The notes beneath the pieces are model-generated. The model searched no databases and was not told the DNA's origin. It saw only the letters and a list, made by a program, of their open reading frames with translations. A stretch of 64,000 bases of DNA, taken from NCBI RefSeq assembly GCF_000150275.1, contig NW_002060944.1, forward strand, positions 2,580,152 through 2,644,151, in the 5' to 3' direction. Below are positions 45,000 to 57,303 of the stretch, one piece after another; the first letter of the stretch is position 1, and every line of letters begins with the position of its first letter. Origin of the DNA: Trichoplax adhaerens (lineage: Eukaryota > Animalia > Placozoa). The position numbers and the translations under genes are program-made.

Positions 45000-45267
45000 T
45001 TTATATATCGTACTTTAACCGTATATCGTGCTTTGCATTCTTCGTAGAGAAATTCTTTTAATTGATTGATTGTACAGGAAGTTTCAAGCCCCTTAGCGTA
45101 AGTGTCGTATTTTGAAATACTAGCGGTCTGGTTTTTGCACAGTGATTAGCAACTTTGTTCCTGTTGAATATATTAATTCCTCAAGGACAAAGTATTAAAT
45201 TTGCAAAAGCGGGATTTATTGAGTGAGCGAGTGATATTGAGCTTGAGGATATTATATCATGAACGGC

Positions 45268-45480
45268 AGCAGTACTGTACACCGCTGAGTATGCAGCAAA
45301 CACAGTACTGTAAGTACTGTACTGTACACTGTGTACAGTACAGTGTACAGTTTACAGTACAGTACAGTATAGTACAGTACTGTACACTGTACAGTACAGC
45401 ATGATATACAGTACAGTACTGTACAGTACTGTACAGTACTGTACAGTACTGTACTGTAATACAGTCATTCGGTACTGTAA
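45268..45480. repeat. ACAGT array in the PPIL3/KYAT divergent promoter
   Basis: Includes perfect (GTACAGTACT)x4 at 45411-45450, followed by a C15 tract at 45535-45549. Confidence 0.95.
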
Positions 45481-46416
45481 CCCAGAGGTCTGCAAGGACT
45501 GATGAACTATTATTTTTAGTGTAACTGCATCAATCCCCCCCCCCCCCCCTCCCCTCCCATAATCTAGAACCTGAGAATTGGTGCGATTTCGCTGTCAACG
45601 TTGGCTTCTGACTTCAGGTAAGTGCATCATGTAGACTGTAATGAAATTATCGAATATTTTGCTATATTGCTGCAGTATTATAGTAGTAGCGCTGTTTTGA
45701 TTGCTAGTAAATGTTGTTATGGGAAGTTAAAATTGATAGATTTTCGTATATTGTTACTGTCTGCATAAACGTACGGTAAACACCTCCATTGCGTACTATT
45801 TGTAAGCGTAAAATATCAACACCAGCAGCTGTATCACTAGGGGAATGCACTGTATACCAGCAATGTCTACCAAATAATATCATAGTAACCATATCAGTAC
45901 ATTTGCTCAGAGTACTGTAGCAAATTTGGTAAAGCTTTCTTGCTGTTTAAAATATTTCTATAGTGTCTCGTGCTGTCTTCAATTACACTCTAGTATTAAC
46001 ATAGTGTATACTTGTTTACAAGTGCAAAACCGAAGAGCTACAATAACTGAAAATTACAGAATTAGCCGTAACGATACGACATTAACTTTTTTATGTGTTA
46101 TATACTACTGCTATTTCTCGCTTAACTGTTCAGACTGAAATTTTGAGAACGGCTATTGGAAAGTATTATATAATGTTGCCTTGCAATGCCCCAATACCTA
46201 CCTATTTACTATGATGTAGGAAAGAACTGAAATCTGTTTTCCTTCTATTAATTTCTCTTTGAAATAGAATCAATCTATGGTAACCAGCATTTTCTAGTGT
46301 TGGATATATTTTTGGGTAACTTGTTGATATTTTTGAGTATTTTAACAGTCAATACAGTAATATTGCATTTGGGATTAACATGAATTTCAGTAGGTTAATT
46401 TTAAAGTTTTCTAAAA

Positions 46417-49400
46417 ATGGAATCCAGTACTTCCAAATTAATCGGTGCAAGAAGGTTGGAAGGGATGTATGAAAATGTCTGGTGAGTTAGCTCACATAAA
46501 TTTATGGTGCTAAGCTGTAATGCCATGCTTATGATTGTGTAACTGCTCGTGTATACGCTACGTTACCGGTTACTCTACTCAGTCAGAAAATATATATATT
46601 AATACAATTAGAATACTATATTTTTGTAACATTACCTTGAGCTGCGGTAATTAAGCATGTGTTGAAAGAAATTACGTTAGTGATGCTAAATATCCATAGG
46701 AAAGGACTTTATTGTACTCGAACATGGTCCTGTATAGGGATTTTATTGCCTGATTGTTAGGCATTCTATTAAAATGTGTGCTATAAATACTTAGGGCTCA
46801 ATTTAAGTGATAAAACGGCAATTTCATAGCATTTTGTAACGGTGCACAAATTTGTTTTATTAGTAAACATGTAAATAGGAGCTATATCTTTGTCTAGCAG
46901 AATATGTAACAGACTATTTATGTTCGCTACTGGGTCCAATTTTACCAATGTTAGCAAATAGTATTAAACAGTAGGTAAATACTCTTATATTACAGGGTAG
47001 AATTTGCCGGATTAGCCAGACAGTACCAGCCAGTTAATTTAGGCCAGGTAAGTTCGTATATGTTCGTGGCCTTCATATCTTAAATATTTAATGCGAACAT
47101 GTGGTTATCAAATTCTAATCACATCGACAAGATGTAAGATCATTACCTAGAAATTACTAAGTTTAGCAGTAACTACACCTATTGCTTTCGTGAACGTGTT
47201 TTCATAGTTTTAGTGATCTAACAGCTATTTTGTATGAGAGTGTAATATTTAATGGACAATTTATCAACTACCTACAATTTATTAAGGTATATCATCAGGA
47301 ATCGAAATATTCAATTCAATATTACCGAATATAGAAGTTTTCATCTTGAAATCTGCTTCAAATCTTACTATAATTCATAATATAGTTGATATTCTATTTC
47401 TGAATTACCATGGAGAGTCTGCATGGTTATTTGGAACAAATAATAACAATTATTGTAAGAGGTTATTGTGAAAGCGCTATATAGTGGACATAAACAATAT
47501 TGTCGTACGTGATATATACAAAATGAAAAGCTCCTAATTCGGATCCAACATTATAACTGTGATATTCTGTGTTCTGATAAGATACATGAATCTTGTGCTT
47601 TAGGGCTTTCCAGATCTTCCTGTCCCTCCCTTTCTGAGAGACTCCATGATGAAAGCTATACAAAGTAGTGACATGAACCATCAATATACCCGTGGTTGGG
47701 TAAGTGCGAAGAAATGCTGGCGACTATATCAATGAACCAATCCTTTGACATTAGATTATTTAATAATTTTAAAGGGCCATCCAAAGCTTATTAATGCTCT
47801 TGCTAAGCTGTATGGACCTTTACTTGGGCGTAAATTAGATCCAGAATCTGAGGTGAGTCACTTACATTGGTCTAGACTGTAAGATATGGTTGCAATTTGA
47901 TTGTGTTTATCGAATGTTACGTGATATAGATTCTAGTTACCGTTGGAGCGTATGAGTCACTTTATTGCTGTGCTATGGGACTTATTAATGAAGGAGATGA
48001 GGTATATCAATACAGAATTTGGATAATCAATGAAATCGTTTTCAGTACTTGATATGACGCTTTAGTTCTGTAAATTATTTGACAACATGTTGAAAATCGC
48101 TTACATAAATATATAGGTTATTCTTATTGAACCTTTCTTTGATTGTTACGTTCCATTTGCTAAAATGGCTGGTGCAAAAACAGTTTGTGTCTCGTTAAGA
48201 GCGGTAATACACTATAGAGCTCCTTATTGTTGCATTGAATTGCCTGTGAATTGAATTATATCCATTCTTCGGTTGATAGAAGGAAGACGCAAAATCTTCA
48301 GCTGACTTTTGCTGGGATGAGAATGAAATAAGGAATGCTTTTAATGCTAAGACTAAGTGCATCCTTCTTAATACTCCTCATAATCCTACTGGAAAGGTAA
48401 TTGATTGTATTACAGTATATAGTAAGCTATGAAACGTCATCGAATATTATGTATTAGCTACATTACGAATTTGTCATGTTACGCACTAGGTGTTCTCAAG
48501 GAAAGAGTTAGAGTTGATTGCTGAGCTATGTATTAAACATGACGTGATTTGTATTACGGATGAAGTTTATGAATGGTTGATTTACTCTGGCTCTGAACAT
48601 ACCAGGATAGGTTAATTCTATATGCAACTGCATGAATTTTAAAATTTGAAGGCTTTTGACTATCAGTAATTTCTTGTAGCAACACTTCCTGGAATGTATG
48701 ATCGAACAATAACAGTTGGCAGTGCGGGTAAAACTTTCAGTGTCACCGGATGGAAAGTAAACAAAAAGCAATAAAGTTGATCGTTTATCTGTTATTTCGA
48801 AAGTTTTAGCAATCAATTTATATTATTCTAACAGGTCGGCTGGTCTATGGGGCCGTCGAATTTGATCAAACATTTACGAGTTGTTCATACGAATAGTATA
48901 TATCATTGTTCAACAATAACTCAGGTACATTAAGGCTGCTGTTAGTTTAACCTTGTTAGTGTCACTTTGGTTTTATTGAATAAATCATGCTTCTAAATGA
49001 AATTTAAAAATCAGGAAGCCGTTGCTAATGCAATAGAGACTGAAAGCGAAAGGCTAGGAGATAAAAATTGTTACTTTCGTCAGTTGCCTAAAATGTTGGA
49101 GAGAAAACGTGATAAAATGGCCGTTCTCTTAAAATCTATCGGTGTTGTACCTATTATTCCTGAAGGTGGTTATTTTATGATGGCAGACGTGTCACCACTC
49201 GGTATAGTACTATAGCTTAAAATCCACAACTACCGAAATAATCAAGTGCAGTTAGCTATTATTCGCTGTGATTTACGGAGGACTGCTTTAATAACTATAA
49301 TGTATAATGCTAGCGACTAACATAATGTAGGTATTAAATTTAACGATGGAGACGATACATCGCCGTACGATTACAAGTTTTCACGGTGGCTAATTAAACA

Positions 49401-49813
49401 AAAGGTATTGCAGCTTACAGTTAGTATTGAAAGATTATAAATCCTATCAAAAAAAAAGTTTATCACCTCTCAGTTTATGTTTATACCGAAATTACTTTTA
49501 ATGCTTCTGCTTTAGGGAATCGCTTGCATCCCACCCAGCGCTTTTTATTCCAAGGAACATAAGGATCTTTCAAAGAAATTTATTCGATTTTGTTTCATAA
49601 AGGTACAGACAAGTGATTAATTTATTTTAGATTGATTTTATTTTTTCTCTTCTAACTAAGCTACGAATTTCTTACTTGCTCTAACTAGCTTCAGAGTTGC
49701 GTCCAAAATTCATTAATAGTGAATGTTTTTTGTACTTTTACTGATAGAATGACACAACGATGACGATGGCGGAAGAAAAATTTAACGAATGGGCCCGATC
49801 TTTAAAGAAATAA
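46417..49813 (+). CDS. KYAT: Kynurenine--oxoglutarate transaminase (KYAT1/KYAT3), PLP-dependent
   Basis: [72 protein letters not shown]; probable non-coding first exon ending CAG|GTAAGT at 45617. Confidence 0.93.
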
Positions 49814-50739
49814 TTGTACCATTCATGCCACTAGTATTTTGCAGTGTCTTAATGATATCGAATTCCAGCGGTTTTTTAAAATCATATTCCAATAATACCT
49901 TCGGCCGATAATGTACACGTAGTACAGTATATATAATTTATCAGTTATGTTTGCTGTACAAATATGGTACTGTATAACGATAAAGTTTTGGCTATTATAA
50001 TACATTTGATGATGTAGTTTACAGATGGATTTTAATGTTTACTTTGATCTATTTTGCTATTGCTTAATGAACCTTGCATCAGCTGTGTCAGTCATTCTGA
50101 ACTTAAGATTGGTATCGAATATGTAGCTACACTACACATGTCAGCAATAAGCTATTACCCCAATTTGGGTAATTTCGTCTGTGGTATTCCTATCGAACTT
50201 AGTATCATCTTGTAGGGAAACAACAGAATAATAAATTGATGCGGTTGGATCTTGTTTATCAATTTGTAAATTTTGTAATAATTTTAATTTTAATTTGATG
50301 AAGTGTCAATATCAATTTGTCCTAGTGAATTAATTCAATATGCCACTAATAATACCCTTAACAAATGATTATTAATTTAACTCTAATGAGTTCCCGTTTC
50401 AATTAACTTGTATTGATCAACTATTCTCATGGGTTCATTCATTAGAAATCATACAGTATCATAGAACTGATAATGGAGCAAATTGCAGTAAATTATTGGT
50501 AAATAACTTTACAGATTACTACAGTAGTATGTGTAAAATTTAGAAAATTTTTAAAGACATTAGATCATCACATAACCGTGTACAGTAATAGATAAATTAT
50601 AGTATCAATTTCAATTGCTATTACAGACCAGCGAAGGCTACAAGCTCGCAACTTTTTAAAAGGGCTTCAGATTCATTTATAGGAAGTAAGAAAAAGATTA
50701 CGTAGTTACAACAGCAGCGGTGACGTCCCTATAACCAAA

Positions 50740-52299
50740 TTAAAGACTATACAGGTATGTTGAAGTAATAACGAAACCAGTACCAACGAAAAAATTGGTC
50801 GTTGGTGTAAAATCTTGCAGCCAAATCCACGAGATGTAGCCCATCAATAAGATCGATACCGCCGCAGCAAAACCCTTTAAGATATTATCAGCGTACTTAA
50901 CAACATTAGCAACAATTAAACCACCTACTGCTTGTAATATTACCACAATCCAGGTTAGATAGTTATAACCGTAGAAGAAGCCTTTCGCTCTAATAATATG
51001 CCAATCATTAAAAAGAATGCCGAGGGAACTGCATAGAATAGAGAATCCACCAAGTTGTAAATTTCTCATCCATAGCGAGACTGCGGAACCTTTTAAGATC
51101 ATTTCAAAGTAAACTCCTGAGAATCCGCTAGTTAAACAAGCGCATAAAACTGCAATCAATCCAATAGTAGGAGATCCTTGAGCATTTGACGTTGATTTAG
51201 ACGATTGGCCATTAGTTGCTAACTACAGTTGTTCATACAAGAAATGAGGTTGAGATGATTTCTTTGACATACTCATACTTAGTAAATCAGTAATTAATTA
51301 GTACATCATTCATTATTTTATCTTTCAAAGCTATAGTAAATCTGAAGCACAACTGTATGCAGTGTACAGTAGCGTACAGTAGGAAGGCTATTCGTTACAA
51401 ATGTTGGAAGCGAATCAATCTTCAATCTCATTTCCACTTTTTCAGTACTGTAGCCCAATTTACAATCAACTTGATCCCTATCAACTACATTGTCAGCTCT
51501 TACAGGTTGTCAGGCGATATCGTACTGCAAAATAGATTTCCTTTTAACACAGTACAGAGTAATTCACCAGAGTCTGAGAAGCTATGGTAATGTATAAGCA
51601 CGAGTGATTTCTACATCAAACGCAGTTGTAGAGCATGAAATGACGATTCCTTGTTTACGTAGATGGTCCAGTTTAACTTTAGGAATAAATCTCAATTTTA
51701 TTCAGCATAGAATGTATTTATACTATAATTTTATCATACGAATACTAACTCAAGTAGTGCTTGATGATACAGTGGCAATTCAATATCCATACATATACAA
51801 CATTAAGTTATCAAATTACCTGAACTAAAGCTATTCCACATGTGAGCTGCACTAAAGCAAACCATTTTAAAGGATTCAATTTTTTCCCCATCAAGATAAC
51901 AGAAAATATCGCGGTTGCTAATATCTTTAACTGATAGGTTACTTGATAAGTTGCAGCGTCTAAATTTGATAAGGCTAAAAATAGTAAATTGTTCTGGACA
52001 GTGTATAATAACGCCGGTACCGATACTTTAAGAGTATCTAATGGCTTTGACAAAATTTCTCGTCTAATGTTTGAAATCGATTTGGAGAAATTAAAGTTAT
52101 TATTATAGTGTATCATAAACATATTAATAATAATCTTGACAATTTCAGCTAATAGAACTGCTGTTGATGATAGATAACGCGTTGCTCCAGCTTGACTAGT
52201 TCTAGAGTAACGTAAAATTAAAACAAATATAGTAGTCTGCAATGTTAACACAACTAAGCTAATAACACGAGGTGAAAATAGCGTTGAGTTTGTGGCCAT
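50740..52299 (-). CDS. SLC35A: UDP-galactose/UDP-GlcNAc transporter (SLC35A2/A3 family), 2 exons
   Basis: Exons 52299-51820 and 51222-50740; QNNLLFLALSNLDAATYQVTYQLKIL, SGFSGVYFE, VVKYADNILKGFA. Confidence 0.93.
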
Positions 52300-52499
52300 A
52301 ATTCAAGACTCTCGAAGCAATTGACAACTACTGTAAATTAGATTATGGTTAGCAGTAAATTGCAATATTAATAATAATAATTCTAATGAACTATTAACCA
52401 AAATGGATGCCGTAAAGTAGGGTAATAGGGTATTTTATAAATGAAGATATCACGGTTACCTGCTAACTACAGTACAAAGACAATTGTCTTCTCATGACG

Positions 52500-53165
52500 G
52501 TACTACAGTACAATATACTGTATGTGCTATGCTGTACTGTAATGGACAGTACAGTACGTCGATCGCTTCCATTTTCTTGATAGTAAAAGCTGTTAAAATT
52601 GAAATTTCTTACAATGGGAACCCTCCTTTACAACGATTGATGTTCAATAATGGTAAAACTAAGTTAGCTAACCACCACCATCAAGACCTCCACTTCTTGA
52701 CTGTACTAAAACTAAATCGACTTTTAGCCATCTGCAAATCGACAGTACAATACAGTACAGTACAGCACAGTACAGTTGTAAGTGCAACGATTGATGTTCA
52801 ATGATGGTAAAACTAAGTTAGCTAAACACCACCATCAAGACCTCCACTTCTTGACTGTACTAAAACTAAATCGACTTTTACCCATCTACAAATCGACAGT
52901 ACAGTACAGTACAGTACAGTACAGTACAGTTGTAAGTGCTACAGTACATTGTTCTACGATGGGCTAATCTGAAGCACTGTACTGTACACTGTACAGTACT
53001 GTACTGTACTGTACAGTACACTGAGTGTACAGTCAAAAATCGGAACGGTCTACAGTACTGTACTGTACAGTACTGTACTGTACACTTTACTACAGTACTG
53101 TATACTGTACTGTACTGTACTGTACTAACTATTGTCAGACGAGCACATACTGTACTAACAGTAAC
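52500..53165. repeat. ACAGT arrays in the SLC35A/NELFB divergent promoter
   Basis: CAGTA runs switch to TACTG runs and end about 25 nt before the NELFB ATG. Confidence 0.95.
52631..52938. repeat. Tandem duplication, two copies, period 154 bp
   Basis: 52631-52784 and 52785-52938 are nearly identical; each ends in a (CAGTA)n run. Confidence 0.95.
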
Positions 53166-53185
53166 AGTCTTTTTTGGGAGCAAAC

Positions 53186-55651
53186 ATGGAGCCACTCGAT
53201 GGCAAGCAAGGTCAACGTTACTTAAGAATACAATTTGCGAATGCAGATAATCCACTAACCATCATAGAAAACTTCCAAAAGGAAAATAATGTTAAAGTTA
53301 GTGAAGAATTCCGTTGTTGCGTTCCGTTATTAGACTTACTAGGAGTACCTAGGCTAGAATTGCATCGATCTTTGATTGATGCTTTGCGAAAGAGGTTGAC
53401 TGAAGAAGTGGAGAAAAGCAATCCGGAAAAGTTGCAACAATTACTTGCGGTAACTTTCCCTTCCATCCATATAAAATCGATCAGACCAGTATGTATCGAA
53501 ATCATGAAGCGTTTGCCAAGTTTGCCACAAAATTATCTAACTTTGTTAGAAGACAATCAAGATTTACTTCAAATATTGCCAATCGAAGTCCGACGACAGG
53601 TCTGGCAGAATAACCTCAAACTCTTTGCTCTCGAAATTAATCCCTTAATTGACACCTACCTTCGAAGCACCGAAGACTTCATGTTTTCCTTGAATTTCGA
53701 TAAGCAGCAGCATTTCTTCAATAAAGCACCTCGAAAACGTCGCCAGAATGAAGTATTACAAAAAATAGTAGAATTGATTGGTAGATCAGTGAAATTATAT
53801 AACACCACCTTACAGATTCTGAGAACGCTCTATTTTAGAAATGCAATTGAGCATTATTGTACCTTACGCTTGGAAATTTTGATGAAACTACACGATAATG
53901 ATGTTAGAGAGATATTATCCCTTGATCCATGCTATAAATTTGTATGGTGTTTGGATGCTTGCCTACGTGATGGCCTGGTTGATAGTAAACGTTGTAATGA
54001 ATTAATTGCATTAATGGAAGAAGCTACAAAGGAAAGTGGCAAGCAAATATTGGGGTAAAATTTGAATGAATGACTTATCATCTCCATGTTAATAATGAAT
54101 AATACTTCCAAATGCCTAATATAGTTGCAATTGAGGCTGATTTATATAATTAATTGCTAAGTAATGGAAAATTGCATTCATTCTATGCTTTCAGCGACTT
54201 TGCTATTATTTTAGCGGACCCATTTGTTATCCATGCTTTGACTGGGACTATATTCAGGAGTATTCAGCTACTTTATGACCAAGAATTGCTACCAAGGGTG
54301 AGTTTACCATATCAATAACCAACAGTAGTTAGCTTATGGGTTTATTTGTAGATAAAGTAAGTAACTGCCGTTCGTTCAGCCTTACAATTCTGTAAAGTAA
54401 TTATTTTGTACTGGTTGCTATCACGCATGCTCTTGTGGTAGTGATGATCAAATTTATTAGTTCTTATTTGCCTGTATAAAGCTAAATTGCATGACCATTG
54501 AGTATCCCTATTGATACGTTATATGATGAAGATGTATGTCTACTAATTACTTTGCTCACATCCACTGCTTTATAGGATGTTCCGTTATTGCACTCGCTAC
54601 TTAGACTTTTATCGCTTGGACTCAACGCTTCGCAAATGATACATCGGCAAGATTTTGCCGAAATTGATATTGTAAGGCTTAAGCAAAAGAGATAGTTAAA
54701 TGAATTAAAATATGCATTGAAATGGCTATCTAAAATAGTATCAATAATCATATAAATGAGATATATCGCATACAAGTTGGCCGCAGTTATTTCTGCAGAT
54801 ATTAACAGAGTAGATTATGTGGCACAATCTAAATTATGAAATTTTACTAATCTATTATAGGATAATGTTATTGTGCTGCGATTTATACCGACAATTATGC
54901 TGTTAATTCACTCTCTGAAAAATAATGGTATATGTCCTCCAAACATAGACTTAGACTTTTTCTCTTCGTATATTCATGAAAATCCTATTGCACGTCGGAT
55001 TGCTTGCGAGCTTATATTACATTTGTGTAATAAACATAACCTGAGCGATCTAAGCCTCTTGCTACCAAAGGTAGCGCCCGCTTTTAGAACTCCTGATATA
55101 TCCGATAACATCTTTTTGCATCTATTTATTTATCAACTGGTAATATCATTTCTGGAAGAACACGGAAATGATGAATTTTATCAGACAGTATTCGAAGAAT
55201 TTTTTCTGCAATGTGAAAATGTCGATTGTACCAAACATATGCTACGGTTGCTGTGGTTCAATTACAGAAGAATGGCATCATCCAATGTTTCTATTATACT
55301 GGACTATGTCATTTCAAAAGGACTTGTAAGTAATAGATATAGTTAAGTTTGGGACATACCGTAATTGCTATATTACATCCAAGCATTAATAAACACTAAT
55401 TTAAGTTACATGTTAGTAGTGTACATCATTAGTGCTTAGAGTATCAAACTATAATCTTGGTTGCTACCCAAATCAGTAGTCACATTCATCTAAATGTATG
55501 GTAACCTTTATTACAGGATGATAAATTTACCAAGGATGTATGTCGTAGCATGATGAAGAGTTTAGAAGCGGATAAGCTAAGGGCAAAATTTTCAGAGAGA
55601 AGATATTCCCATGGTCCTACTTCTACATTGATGGATGATGAATTTGAATAA
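53186..55651 (+). CDS. NELFB: Negative elongation factor B (COBRA1), 5 exons
   Basis: Exons 53186-54054, 54195-54297, 54576-54671, 54861-55325, 55517-55651; PLLDLLGVPRLELH, EVRRQVWQ, PRKRRQ, HYCTLRLEILMKLHD, DPCYKFVWCLDAC. Confidence 0.93.
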
Positions 55652-57303
55652 TACTTTCTAGTTGTTAAGTTATGATGGAATTGAGATAGGTTTTATTTTA
55701 TTATAGCATATTATTCTATATCTTCGTTATCGATTAATTGATGTTATCTAACTGGAAGTTTACTATTACATCAAAAATTAATATAAGCCTTTGTTACTTA
55801 AATTAAGTATAAAATCTTCCAATTGGATTGTAATATAGTTTTACGTACAGTACATTGGGCTGACATTAACTCCTAAGATATTGCTGTATGAAACGAAGTA
55901 TTTACTATCTTCTCAACTTGTACATATGCGTATGTAAACATGGCGCTAGTCGTAGATTTCTAAATAGAATGATTTGCATCCATTATCTTCAAGTGAATCT
56001 AAATCTAAAAATTGAAGTAATTACTTAAAAAATTTTAAATTATGTACAGTACTGTAATTTATGCAACGCGCCTAGATATGTGAATATTCGGAATTAATGT
56101 GTCATGTTTGTGAATAACTTTTCATCCTTTGAGTAACACGGAATATTTGTGAATATTTGTTAAATATAAGCAAATAAAGTAGTGCGTACTAATGATGATA
56201 GTCGCGTTCACTAATGTGATTATTTGATACGTGCCGTTAAATAGATGCATAAAGTCTGTAAAAATTAATTGAAAACATTTTTCTGTTACCATACTATAAT
56301 TATATCCTGAAGCTAAATAACCATTCTTCATAGACATTCCGTGATTAGTGAATGATATTATGACTGAATAAATTTGCCCTTTCACCTTAAATGAGACCAC
56401 AAATGACATTACAACGGTTAATAGAAGCTCATAGCGCGGCTGTTACTGATAAATCTGGTTGTAAATCGTACTACATTTTAAGGCATTAATTAAAATATCT
56501 GCTAACTAATGATATCTTAAAATACTGCAACTTAGAAAATGTATATGCCTTAATTGTTTTATGTTCCAACATAATTTAATCACAGTACACATACTTGCTA
56601 TTAATTGTAATGGCTGCATTTACTTTGCTTGTACTGTAGGGATAAACACAAGAAAACAATTTTAATCGAGTATAGACGTATACTGATAAGGTGGCTGAGA
56701 TAAATATTTCGAAGTAGCTTTTGATAAGGTCGTTACTTAAAATTCGCTCGATCTGCTCGCTAGCAGTAATAATAAGAAAAAATATCTTTAATAACAACTA
56801 AGACTAACTTAGTAAATACACAAGTCTCCTAACCCAAGGTAATCATTAGCCTAGTGTTAAAAGTTATTAAGAAAACATCAACATCAAGATAGAATCAATG
56901 TTTTCTACATTACTTAGTGAACTATCTTACTTGATTGTATTTAGAAAAAAACTACCAAAAGTGATTATTTTAGCCTTATGTGCGTTCGGTACTTAGTTTA
57001 AATATACAATTAATCATTTTATTATAAATAAATAAACATATTACAAAAAAATTTCTGACGATTAAAAAAGAAAAAGATGCTCGTACATCTATAATGATAA
57101 TCACAGACCAAGCTTTTATCAAGCAACAATCATTTAAATACATTGTAGACACCTTCGTACTCATTCTTGTATTTATTAGTAGAAAAGCAATATATGAATT
57201 CTAAATTGTGAAAGATACCGTATCAGTGTTAGAATGATAAATCTATTACAAGAACAGGAAATAGGGTAGCAAAATTATAAAGTGCATTTATGACATGGTC
57301 TTA

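Noticed and set aside
47641-47700. Suspected frameshift in a KYAT exon
   Set aside because: Recount gives CAA AGT AGT GAC; the frame is intact.
53218-54775. Antisense ORFs over NELFB (also 47463-47684 and 48526-48816 over KYAT)
   Set aside because: Shadow frames of real genes on the opposite strand.
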